Of a stretch of DNA of 26,388 nt, positions 1-9,991 are shown piece by piece; the first letter of the stretch is position 1; every line of letters begins with the position of its first letter. The notes beneath the pieces were generated by a model, which did not search any database, was not told the DNA's origin, and saw only the letters and a list, made by a program, of their open reading frames with translations. Source of the stretch: Octopus sinensis (Eukaryota). The position numbers and the translations under genes were made by a program. The stretch covers positions 1-26,388 of the forward strand of contig NW_021835568.1 in NCBI RefSeq assembly GCF_006345805.1, in the 5' to 3' direction.

Positions 1-1305
1 CTTGAAAAATCTAACACGCTTTTCATACCTTGCTATGCGGGCAGCTTTGGCAGATACCTTTTGTTTGATGGTTTCTATGGTGGCATCAATATCAGGTATA
101 TATTTCATATTGTATTTTTTCAGTAATTTTGGGGTTTTTGTAGGTTTGGTAGTCTTGTGAGCCTTTAAGTTTTTCAAATATTCAATGTCAGATCTAAATA
201 TTTTAATTTGTTGTTGCAGACGCTCTTGCCAAGAAGGCTTTTTGTGGGAATGTTGCAGTTTTCTAATCTTTACACCACATAGGATCGTTGGGATTTTCGC
301 GGATGCATAGTATAGGTGGTTGAGGTTTGTGATATCAACATTATTAGCTGAAATTATATCCTTAAGTTAAAGCCGGGTTTTACCAATTATTTTCATGTTT
401 TGGTTAGAGTTGCGGATTTTAGGGAGTGTTTCACGTTCATCCATGCTGGTTTCTTTAATTTTCAGCCATTCAATCATGATTTGATTTTTTAGCTCATGTA
501 GTTCTGTTGGGTTAATATTTCTGTGACTTTCTTTATCTATTTGATGCTCATCTGTCTTAGTGTTTATGATTGGTTCAGGGAGTATTTCACTTTGCCTATC
601 ACTTATACTAACTCTTTCAATCCTCACTTCGTTTTTATCAGCCCTGGGCAGGTCTACAATTATTTCCTCTGTATTATCTTCTCTAGCTGCAGCTTCGTTC
701 ATTTTATCCGATATTGCTTGTCTAACTTGATCAATCTCTACTTCAGTCAGTAATTTTTTTTTATAATGTTTCTTCTGACGTTGGCAAGTTTGTTACTATG
801 TAGGGTCTTACTTCAGGGTGTTTCTGTCTCCAGTTTAAGTATGCTTGTACAGTGTTAGATTTATCTGTGGGGAAATATATGGCATGGTAGAAGGCCTCAA
901 GAACTTCTTTATTATCTTCCCTAGACCATTTTTCCTTCTTTTTCTTTTGATTATTTGGTGATGAGCATGGATGGCTATCTGTTGGAATATTCCGGTTGTG
1001 GGGTACGTCCAGCTCCTGTGTGTTGGGAAGATTTGATCCAGTAGCTGATTTTCCAATCAGAATTTGGTTCAATTTTCGGGTACGTGGTCTTTTGTAATCC
1101 GCGCAATGAGCAATGCGTTTTATTGCTTGATTTGTTGACCTTGAAGCATGACGAGCTTCCATTCTTATATTAGGAGATGGATCAGTCAGTTTAGGGTTCT
1201 CTACATGTAAGCATTACTCATAGCGCAGCTTCTTAAGGCTAGCAGATCTATATTCGTCTGTATTTTTTTGTTGATAGTTATATCTCCGAACATTAAATAA
1301 AAAAA
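1..1305 (-). mobile_element. 5' part of an R4/Dong-like (RLE-clade) non-LTR retrotransposon: 5'UTR and N-terminal ORF region, frameshifted, continuing beyond the window start
   Basis: The minus strand reads KKEKWSREDNKEVLEAFYHAIYFP...YLNWRQKHPEVRPYI (ORF 761-1162). At 1-135 it reads PKLLKKYNMKYIPDIDATIETIKQKVSAKAARIARYEKRVRFFK. I recognise both as N-terminal motifs of R4/Dong/Rex6 ORFs. The 5' end abuts a (TAA)n tract. Confidence 0.8.
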
Positions 1306-1307
1306 TT

Positions 1308-1318
1308 TATTATTATTA

Positions 1319-1377
<59 letters not shown>

Positions 1378-1393
1378 TATTATTATTATTATT
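1308..1393. repeat. (ATT)n microsatellite separating two tandem R4/Dong copies
   Basis: Directly visible trinucleotide array. Confidence 0.95.
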
Positions 1394-1490
1394 CAGTAGT
1401 TTTATTTTTATAGCGTGCTTTCACTTCACTACCAAGCGCAGCTCTGTGTGCCTTAGGTATGTGCTGTGATTTGTTGTGATGCTCTGATGG

Positions 1491-2200
1491 TTATTGAATG
1501 GAAAGTGTTCTGCGTAGGATGTGTGCAGTACCTAGTAGTGCAATTTTCTGTATGTTATATGTGTTTGTAAGTCCTGGTGTTTTTGTTATGTATTTGTCTG
1601 AATATTTTTTTATCATGCCTAATGCACCTACTATGATAGGAATTGTTTCTGTTTTTAGATTCCACATTCTGGTTACCTCTATTTCCAGGTCTTTGTATTT
1701 TGAGAGTTTCTCCATTTCTTTTAGAGACACGTTGTCATCTGCCGGTATTGATACATCAATTAGAAAGCATTTTTTTCTTCATGATCTCTGACAACTATAT
1801 CTGGTCTGTTGGCCTTAAATTCTCTATCTGTGTGTATCGATATATCCCAGAGTATGGTTGCTTTCTCGTTTTTTGTGACCTTTTCTGGTGTGTGCGTATA
1901 CCATCTTTTTTCTGTTGTTATTCCATAATGTTGTCATAGCCTCCAATGTATGTAGGTTCCAACTCTGTCATGTCTCTGAATATATTCCTTCTTAGCCAGG
2001 ACTGGGCAGCTAGAGATAATATGATTTATTGTTTCTTGTCCAACTCCACATAGTCTGCAGTTACTTGTTATATTTCTTTTCATTACATGTTTTTGGTAAT
2101 TTCTGGTGGGGAGGCTTTTGTCTTGTGCTGCAATTAAAAATCCCTCTGTGTCTGCTTTGTGTCCTGAGCTTCTCAACCATTGCTGGGATTTTTCTTTGTC
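1491..2200 (-). pseudogene. CCHC zinc knuckle plus restriction-like endonuclease (PD..D) domain of the R4/Dong ORF, fragmented
   Basis: ORFs 1934-2413 and 1491-1730, plus intervening frames ILWDISIHTDREFKANRPDIVV and CFLIDVSIPADDNVSLKEMEK. Confidence 0.88.
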
Positions 2201-2966
2201 TATTTCTTTTGCATTTAGTTTAGTCAAGTATTTGCCATGAAGGGGCTTTTCTTGCCATCGTTTTATCATTGTTCGCTGCTGTTCTATTTTTAGTTTGGAT
2301 TTCATTTGTTTTATAGCTTTTGTTGTTTCTTCGTCTTCTTCTTCTTGTTCATATTTATTAGGTGGTATGATTTCTTGTTTGTATTCGTCAGCTTCCTTAA
2401 ATACTGAGAACAATTTTTGTTTTGTTCGAGTTTTGCCGCTATTTGTAACAGTTTTCCTTCCTTCTGAAGTAGATATTTTGCAGTCCTATGGTGGTTATTT
2501 TATAGTGGTTTTCCAGCTGTATGAGGCTTCTACCACCTTCTATACGCTGTATATATAGTCTTTCTACGTGAGATTTTGTGTGATGCATCCTAGATCCTCT
2601 CATTATTTTTCTTGTTTTCCTATCTATTTTTGTCAGTTCATTTAGTGTTCAGTTAAGGATATTGTAGCTGTAACTTATAACTGGGACAGCTAGAGTGTTA
2701 AAACCTATTATCTAGTTTTTAGCATTGAGCTCTGTTTTCAGTATTGATCTAACTCGTCTATAATATTCTTTTTTTTATCTTCTCTTTCATTTGTGTGTGT
2801 TATGTCCTATCTAGTTCATGGATTCCTATGTATTTGTAAGTTTGGCTTTGATCTAATTCTTTTATCTCATTGGTTTTATCTAGTGTGATGTTGCTACTCT
2901 TAACTAGTTTTCCTCTTTTCATGGATAATTTGGCGCATTTTTCTAATCCCTATTTCATATCTATTC

Positions 2967-3650
2967 CTATTTCAAATCTATTTCTTTATGAAGTGTCTTT
3001 AATAGTGTTTCCAGCTGTTTGTCATTTGCAGCGTATAATTTTAGGTCATCCATATATAAAAGGTGGCTGATTGTTTTGCCATGACATTTATATCCGCATC
3101 CAGTTCTATTTAGCATATCAGTTAGAGGTGACAGTGCCAAGCAGAAAAGGAGTGGAGAGAGCGTGTCTCCCTGGAATATTGCTCTTCTGATGGGGATCGC
3201 TTTGGTTTTCATGTGTCCCTCTTTTGTTTGGAGGTGTAGGACTGTTTGCCATTTATTCATAGAGTGCCCTATGAATTTTATAAGGGTTGGTGCTACTTTG
3301 TTAATGGCTAGTGTTTCGAGGATCCATGTGTGGGGGATGTTATCAAATGCCTTTTTGTAGTCGATCTAGGCAATACTGAGGTCTTTCTTCTTTCTGTGGC
3401 TGTCTTCAGTTACGGCTTTATTAATGATTAGTTGATCTTTACAGCCATATGAGTCTTTGCGGCATCCTTTCTGCTCTTCTGGAAAGAGGTTGTTTTCGTC
3501 CAGGTGCTTGTTCAACCTTTGCGATATCACTGCAGTAAATGCCTTGTACATAGTAGGGAGACAGGTTATTGGTCTGTAGTCTTCTGGTTTTGCTGTCTCA
3601 TTTGATTTGGGAATTAAGATGGTCTTCCCCTTCGTGAGCCATTCAGGCAT
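2967..3650 (-). pseudogene. Reverse transcriptase domain of the R4/Dong ORF, interrupted by a TAG at 3366-3368 (LSIA*IDYKKAFD)
   Basis: ORFs 3366-3914 (MPEWLTKGKTILIPK...YRPITCL) and 2967-3260 (FQGDTLSP, YMDD) are one frame broken by a nonsense codon where W is normally found. Confidence 0.92.
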
Positions 3651-3657
3651 TGTCTCT

Positions 3658-3769
3658 ATTATAATAATAATAATAACAATAATGATAATAATGATGATAA
3701 TAATAATAATATTAATAATCATTATTATTATTATTATTATTATTAATTTTGTTGTTGTTGTTGTTATTA

Positions 3770-3821
<52 letters not shown>

Positions 3822-3836
3822 CATTATTATTATTAT
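3658..3836. repeat. Bipartite microsatellite: (ATA)n followed by (ATT)n/(GTT)n
   Basis: Directly visible; strand polarity switches near 3720. Confidence 0.95.
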
Positions 3837-4322
3837 TCCGACAATTGTATCAAGGCTTTCCATTGGACACATTTCAACATGAATGGACTCGACGTAGCAA
3901 AAAATTGGTACCACCAGAACTCGAAAACGATATTACAAAGATCCTGTGGGATTTTATTATCCAGTGCATCTATGAGATACATAATAGAAAACCAGACATA
4001 GTCTTAATTTAGAATGAAGCCAAACTATGCTGGATCATAGATATAACATGCCCAGCTGACAACAAGATATGCAATAAAGAAGAAAGAAATGTCGATAGCT
4101 TGGGTAGAAGCAGTACCAATAATTGTCGGAGACCTAGGAACAATGAATAAAAATCTTGATAAGTATATGGAACAAATAGTGGTTGCAATAAGGGTGGAGC
4201 ACTTCCAGAAAACAGCACCGCTCTGCGGACGGTGCTCGAAAAATATGAAATATTACCCTAGTTCACTGGTAGTGATCTGCAGACACTGTAATACATCTCT
4301 TAGAGGCTGTGCAAAGACAACA
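3837..4322 (+). mobile_element. 3' remnant (RLE domain and 3'UTR) of a second R4/Dong-like subfamily, opposite orientation
   Basis: Frames read HEW...LENDITKILWDFIIQ...NRKPDIVLI, CWIIDITCPAD and VPIIVGDLGTMNKNLDKYMEQIVVAIRVEHFQKTAPL. Followed directly by (AAT)n. Confidence 0.85.
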
Positions 4323-4332
4323 ATAATAATAA

Positions 4333-4390
<58 letters not shown>

Positions 4391-4541
4391 TATTATAATA
4401 ATAATAATAATAATAATAATCAGAAGTAGAAGACGAAGAAGAAGAAGAAGAAGAAGAAGAAGAAGAAGAAGAATGATAAGAAGAATAAGAGAACGCAGAA
4501 AAAATGGATTATTATTATTATTATTATTGTTATTACCATTA

Positions 4542-4590
<49 letters not shown>

Positions 4591-4652
4591 AATTATTATT
4601 ATTATTATTATTATTATTATTGGTGTTGTTGTTGTTGTTATTATTATTATTA
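4320..4652. repeat. Compound microsatellite (AAT)n-(GAA)n-(TTA)n
   Basis: Directly visible; source of the poly-I, poly-R and poly-L ORFs in the track. Confidence 0.95.
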
Positions 4653-4700
4653 CGTCGAAAAAACCTTAGGAATTAGAACCCAGGTTCCAAATTTCCCCAG

Positions 4701-4746
4701 AACACCCGATGAAGCCTAGAGCGCATGTCTACCGGAACGTTGTGTT
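4701..4746 (+). ncRNA. Degenerate minimal type-I hammerhead ribozyme relic inside a short dispersed repeat (about 4654-4835)
   Basis: Stem I AACAC(4701-05)/GTGTT(4742-46); core CCGATGA (consensus CTGATGA); GGA in place of GAA; palindromic ACGT stem III followed by T. Two core substitutions, so probably inactive. Confidence 0.5.
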
Positions 4747-5178
4747 GACAAGAAACAAGATGAGGAAATATGTTTGTCGAATGTACATAATATAAATGAT
4801 GTACGTAATTCGTCATATCTTAAATAGAGGACTGTATGGGGAGAAATGGTGTGAATTAGTTCTAAAATATCACCCAAGACATTTCATGCCACGAAGGTGC
4901 AAGGATAACTGAAACAGAAATATTGGTCTCAAGGCAAGGGAAGTTATCTTCTTCGTTTCGTAGTGGCACTATGAAACAAACTGACCATAATTACACACAT
5001 CCGCGCACGCACCCGTACATAAGCACACATACAAACAGAGAGAGAGACACACACACACACACACAAACACATACATACACACACAAACAACCGCAAACTC
5101 TCATGTAATTCATGTATTCATACTTTCATGTGGCGTTCTTTTATATTGACATATTATTATTTTTGTTGTATTTTACAG

Positions 5179-5193
5179 CCCGCCTCTTACATC
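5179..5193 (+). CDS. Candidate 15-nt micro-exon of the unknown membrane-protein gene (gene A)
   Basis: Acceptor ttttgttgtattttacag and donor gtaagt. Open in all frames (xPPLTS in phase 2). Confidence 0.5.
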
Positions 5194-5596
5194 GTAAGTC
5201 TTCCTTTATTATCTCATGCTTATCAAAATGTCGTGGAGCAAATATGAATAAATCTCAGGGAAATATTTATTTAGTCGTACTCGGATGTTCTTTTAGTATA
5301 AATTTTACCGTTACCATGAGAGAAACACGCATTTTTGTGTGCAAAATTCACTCATATTTATACCGCTGTGTGGAGGACATATGTCGGCTCTACTTAAGAT
5401 AAATAGCTAATGGCAACACCAGCGCCTGTCCTGACACTGTGAATCTATTCAGCGCTGGCATTGAGATGAATCACTGCTGTCTCTTGAGATCGAGTGTCCA
5501 TCATTGACATGATGAAACAACGTTGAGATCACATGATCTGGCGGTGTCAGCACTAGAAGTAGTGATGGATAAATCTTCACTTTTCACTATTTTTAG

Positions 5597-5654
5597 CGAT
5601 TTGAACCTCCAACGCTTAAGAAATTTAAACACGTGGACGTTTGCCAAAAAGCCA
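5597..5654 (+). CDS. Candidate 58-nt exon of gene A (alternative 5' path; RFEPPTLKKFKHVDVCQKA)
   Basis: Strong acceptor cttcacttttcactatttttag and donor gtgaga. Fits the downstream frame only if the 6112 donor is used. Confidence 0.35.
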
Positions 5655-5856
5655 GTGAGAGAGTTTCTCTCGTAGTAACTGCTGTAGTAATGTATGTTCT
5701 AAGAGAGCATCATCGTTTACAGAGGAGACAAATATTACCTCTCAATATATATATATTGACATGTCGCTAATATATTTTACCAATGAATTACGTAGAAAAT
5801 CCAGCTAGCATTTCAAATATTCTTTGATTAATATATAGACATGTTTGACTTTCAAG

Positions 5857-5880
5857 GAATATATCATGCGACGGATATAC
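5857..5880 (+). CDS. Candidate 24-nt micro-exon of gene A (NISCDGYT or RIYHATDI, depending on path)
   Basis: Acceptor tttgactttcaag and donor gtatga; length is a multiple of 3. Confidence 0.45.
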
Positions 5881-6068
5881 GTATGATGAAATAATTTTGA
5901 CAAATTAATTTTCAATTAATCAGAGATTTTGCCAAAGCACTTGCGCTTAATATAGGAAAGTAACTAGTGCATGTGGATTTTAAATAACATGCATGATGAT
6001 GACTAAATCGGAATACATTCAAACTGTTAGGGAATGACATAGTAAATTTATTTCGAAAAATACTTAAG

Positions 6069-6152
6069 TGAAGAAGACACAAGTTTATGCTTGTATCATA
6101 TCGAAATTTATGTAAGGAGACAATTCAAGGAGCGCAATAAGTTTATTACAAA
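6069..6152 (+). CDS. Candidate exon of gene A (EEDTSLCLYHIEIYVRRQFKERNKFITK); boundaries ambiguous
   Basis: Donor gtaagt at 6153; 84 nt, phase 2-2 and open. Weak AAG acceptor; alternative acceptor at 6116 and alternative donor gtaagg at 6112. Confidence 0.45.
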
Positions 6153-6529
6153 GTAAGTATTCTTTCAAATATTGATTAACAATTTTACACATACACTACT
6201 CTTCAAAGAATATAATTGATGAAATAAATTCATTTTTTTATTATAGTATCAAATTAAGATTCGTCCCTTTCGTAAGTGAATTGGTGTAAGTAGATTTATA
6301 AATATTTTCCTACTTCATGTTTAATTGTTTCTATATTTATTGCTGAAACAGAACTTGTATTTGCTACAAGTGAATAACTATATTCTGACATTCATAAACA
6401 TAAGTATTGTCGTGTATAACTTAAATGATTTTCATATTACCTAAATGGGTAAATATAAAAATGAATTCATTATGTAGATACATACATAAGCATACATATA
6501 TTGTGTTTTACACTAGGTACAGGGTCCCC

Positions 6530-7036
6530 TCCCAATCGACCCAGAACGCATGTGGTACTTAATTTATCGACCCTGAAAGGACAAAAGGCAAAGTCGACCT
6601 CAGCTTAATTTGAACTCAGAAGACACAGACAGACGAAATACCTATTTCTTTACTACCCACAATGAGCTAAACACAGAGGAGACAAAGAGGGAGAGACAAA
6701 CGGTTTATGTCGATTATATCGACCCTAGCGCGTAGATGGTACTTAATTTATTGACCCTGAAATGATGAAAGGTAATGTCCACCACGGCCTAATTTGAACT
6801 CAGAACATAGCGCTGACGAAATACCTGTTTCTTTATTACCCACAAGGGTTTAAACATAGAGGCGACAGACAAGGAAATACACACGGATTAAGTTGATTAC
6901 ATCGACCCCAGTGCGTAAATGGTACTTATTTAATCGAGCCCGAAAGGATGAAAGGGAAAGTCGACCTCGGCGGTATTTAAATTCAGGACGTAACGGCACT
7001 TCGCCCGGCGTGCTAACGTTTCTGCCAGCTCGCCGC
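6530..7036 (-). mobile_element. tRNA-derived SINE-like element, same family as 21549-21982, with three tandem 183-bp body units
   Basis: Reverse complement begins gcggcgagctggcagaaacgttagcacgccgggcgaa, matching the head at 21549. The anchor atcgaccc recurs at 6535, 6718 and 6901. Confidence 0.8.
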
Positions 7037-7388
7037 TATAAGCAAAAATACGTGGGGTGTGTGAAAAGATTTGAACTGTCAAGTCCTGTACCTTCGTCAG
7101 AAGACTTTTACCATGTTATGTTTTTCTTTTGAGGCTCAAGACTTTTCATACACCCCTCGTATATTGAAAGATATGTGTGTGTATGTGTCCATATTTGCGT
7201 CATTATATACCGGAAACTCTAAATAAAATGAGGTGTGTCATCCAGACCACGATGTGCAACGCCCTATACTGAATACTGCAACTTAACTATTGGATCATAA
7301 AATTTATTGAATTATCCTTTCACACAAATAAGAAAAATGCATAGTTACATTAATGAAGATATTTGGATATTTAACTCTATGTACATAA

Positions 7389-7830
7389 GCACAGGTTCGG
7401 CTATGTGTAAAAAAGCTTTCCCCTCTAATACATGGTTCCGGGTTAAGTTTCAATGTGTGGCACCTTGGTTGTCTCCTGCTGTACCCTCGAACCATCTAAA
7501 GCATTTGGTGTGGATTTGGTCGACGGAAAGTGAAAGAATCATATCAGATGCATATATGAATGTGTGCGTGTGTTTGAGTGTTCGTACGTCCATGTATACG
7601 TATGCGTGTGTTTATGTTTCTGTGTACGTCCCTAATCACCTGTTACCAACCAGTGCTCTGTGTTTCCGTCCTCATAACGTGGATGTTCGGGAAAAGAGAC
7701 CAAAATTAATAATTACACAGCTAAATCAGTTTGCACTGTTGTCAATTCATTCAACTGAATAATTTCCTACGTCTGCGACTCAGTAAAGCCACCGTGTATT
7801 GACTGAAACAAGTAAAAGAAGAAAGATAAA
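7389..7830 (+). mobile_element. Diverged tRNA-derived SINE-like repeat with internal (TG)-rich tract and gactgaaacaagtaaaaga tail
   Basis: Head gcacagg...catggttccgggtt (B-box-like), body gtggatttggtcgacggaaa and tail match an abundant octopus SINE-like family as I recall it. Not database-checked. Confidence 0.65.
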
Positions 7831-8790
7831 GAATACACCTTTTTAAGTAAAATTGAAACTATAGCTTTAAAAAATCGTATATTCCTATAAATGTATTTCA
7901 ATTTTTTTAATTACCAACGGAATGACATAGTCTAATCAGTCTGTTTGAATACTGTTGAAACAAAGTGGATGAAAAATTAAAGGTCAAAATAACTCCTACA
8001 GAGTCGGATAAAAGTGAAAACGTAACCCAATAAATATTATGTGGATACATATAGCTTAGTTTCCTTTGTGCAAAAAGGAGAACCACTTGAAGGTGGATGT
8101 ATTCATATTCATATATTTCACATGGTGGGTGTTATATATAAAAAAAAAACGAAATTTTGAAACGTTTTTCGAATAAATTATGGTAGGAAAAAGCAATGCA
8201 GCGGATTATTACGAAGACTTCATATTTTTATATTCCTTGCATTTTTGTAAGAAGCATTGTGTGAACTGTATGGAACTAAAAGCAATGTCTAAACAGGGAT
8301 GCATATGACTGAATTAGGATGAGCGGGTAAATGAGGCGTTCTTGAGACTACTAGGGAGAGGGATGAGAGGCAGCGGCATACAGTGAGAATGTGGAATGAA
8401 AGTGGACTATTCTGGAAGTACTAATTGCATATCTTCGGATATGGTAGATGTAGTGATGATAACAACAGTCAATCAAGGGACACGCATCTTTACGCCTTTG
8501 GTTAACAACACATGGCATTTAAAAGAAAAATGAAGACCATACAGCATTCAATGGAAGCTTTGTAAAAACTTAGATTATAATTGCCAGAGAGGTCAATAAT
8601 TTTTTAAAATTTCGTAACACTGGGGCCTCCTTAAAAATTCAGAAATTTAATCGGTGCCTTCATGTGAGAAAATTCATATTGTATTATGGAGCTTCTCTGC
8701 TTGATGACTAGTGAAGAAAATCGTACATTGTAAGGGAGTTAATTCTATATGACGCATAAGTGGTTTTCGCATCCAAAATTTTCATTTCAG

Positions 8791-8838
8791 GAATTTTTCA
8801 CAACGTGGATGGCAAAAGGCTATTTCTCACCTCCATTA
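8791..8838 (+). CDS. Gene A exon, 48 nt, phase 2-2 (NFSQRGWQKAISHLHY)
   Basis: Acceptor aaattttcatttcag and donor gtaagc; in frame with all downstream exons. Confidence 0.6.
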
Positions 8839-9186
8839 GTAAGCAGGTTATGCGTTTCCATCCAGCTAATCTGAAGGACCGCCTATATTGCTAAGAGCAA
8901 GACAAAACGGGAAATTAATTGTAACTTTATGACCGACCATCACCAACCGGAATATATTACACACATAGACACACACACACACACACACGCACGCACGCAG
9001 AACATATATATACATATTTATATGTATAATATATATTTGTGTATTATGTCACTTGTGTATGTATTTACAGACATTATATAAATATGCATGCATTTATATT
9101 ATTACACACGTATCTGTTGATTAACCGATTATTTGATTGATTAAAATCCTGCTAAAACTACAGGGTCATGCACATTTTAATTACAG

Positions 9187-9222
9187 CGATGAGAAATTCA
9201 TGAAAGAAATACGTTTCGAAAT
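9187..9222 (+). CDS. Gene A exon, 36 nt, phase 2-2 (DEKFMKEIRFEI)
   Basis: Acceptor cattttaattacag and donor gtaagt; the phase-2 frame is open and matches the internal protein repeat. Confidence 0.62.
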
Positions 9223-9292
9223 GTAAGTATTGGGCCTTTCATTCGAATACATTTTCAATCGTTACTTACTGCATGATATTGACATGTTTTAG

Positions 9293-9355
9293 TTACCTTA
9301 AGATCAAAGCGCTCCAAAAAGAAGGAGATTTTATAAAACCCACATTCAGAACACA
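9293..9355 (+). CDS. Possible gene A exon, 63 nt, phase 2-2 (YLKIKALQKEGDFIKPTFRTQ)
   Basis: Acceptor catgttttag and open frame that extends the internal repeat (IKALQK vs EKYIFK). The donor gtacaa is weak and lies at the edge of a repeat; the preceding intron is only 70 nt. Confidence 0.4.
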
Positions 9356-9432
9356 GTACAAGGTGGAAAAAAGAGTACTCAAATACCAGTGGTAGAGTAA
9401 TATGCTTTATTTTAAGCAGCAGAAAATTCAAA

Positions 9433-9480
9433 AAAATCTGTTACTCTGAGTTTCTCGTTGCCGTTCATCAGACAGTTTTT
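9433..9480 (-). ncRNA. Mirror-image copy of the same hammerhead motif on the minus strand
   Basis: The reverse complement of 9433-9480 is identical to 9487-9534. Confidence 0.7.
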
Positions 9481-9486
9481 GCTAGC

Positions 9487-9534
9487 AAAAACTGTCTGAT
9501 GAACGGCAACGAGAAACTCAGAGTAACAGATTTT
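9487..9534 (+). ncRNA. Minimal type-I hammerhead ribozyme motif (Penelope-like/retrozyme type); predicted cleavage after GUA at 9525
   Basis: Stem I CTGT(9492-95)/ACAG(9526-29); core CTGATGA 9496-9502; stem II ACG-GCAA-CGA; GAA 9513-15; stem III ACTC-A-GAGT; A at 9525. The 10.1/11.1 position is an A-A mismatch. Confidence 0.7.
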
Positions 9535-9782
9535 GTTGAATTTTCTACTGCTTAAAATAAAGTATATATATATATATATATACACCTAATATCTGCTGTA
9601 TCATTATGCTCGTCCTAAGAAGAATATGTGTTGTGCTATCTTTTTCATAGTCAATTTATTGTTATATATTTGTTCAACTTCCTGAAAATCTTTTGCCTCT
9701 CAACTGCTTTCTGATGTTTCAAAAATAATCTGGTTCTGCATTATTCAGGAAACATTAATTTCTCACTATTCTTCCTTTTTAG

Positions 9783-9809
9783 AAAACACAATACCGATAA
9801 CTGGAGGGA
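9783..9809 (+). CDS. Gene A micro-exon, 27 nt, phase 2-2 (KHNTDNWRD)
   Basis: Strong acceptor tctcactattcttcctttttag and donor gtaagt. Confidence 0.62.
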
Positions 9810-9865
9810 GTAAGTTCATTTGAATTAATAACTTTCTATTGCGACTTGGCACAAAATTTATATAT

Positions 9866-9883
9866 GTATATATATATATATTT

Positions 9884-9926
<43 letters not shown>

Positions 9927-9935
9927 CACAGATAA

Positions 9936-9990
<55 letters not shown>
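9866..9990. repeat. (AT)n then (GT)n microsatellite
   Basis: Directly visible. Confidence 0.95.

Positions 9991-9991
<1 letters not shown>

Larger units (their letters stand above)
1394..3657 (-). mobile_element. 5'-truncated, decayed R4/Dong-like non-LTR retrotransposon (RT, CCHC knuckle, RLE endonuclease, 3'UTR, (TAA)n tail)
   Basis: RT motifs YRPITCL, QKGC, IDYKKAFD, IFQGDTLSP and YMDD; zinc knuckle CRLCGVGQETINHIISSC; C-terminus IPIIVGALG...QKIALLGTAHILRRTLS. It carries stops and frameshifts. Confidence 0.93.
9405..9562. repeat. 158-bp near-perfect palindrome (79-bp arms, 2 mismatches, no spacer, centre GCTAGC at 9481-9486)
   Basis: Arm-by-arm comparison of 9405-9483 with the reverse complement of 9484-9562. 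Confidence 0.97.

Noticed and set aside
4828-4896. Open 69-nt phase 2-2 exon candidate (GLYGEKWCELVLKYHPRHFMPR)
   Set aside because: The acceptor lies in the tail of a dispersed repeat and the donor gtgcaa is weak; not supportable without RNA data.
6530-7036. Regularly spaced repeats as a CRISPR-like array
   Set aside because: The whole 183-bp units are homologous SINE bodies with no unique spacers, in a eukaryotic context with no cas genes.
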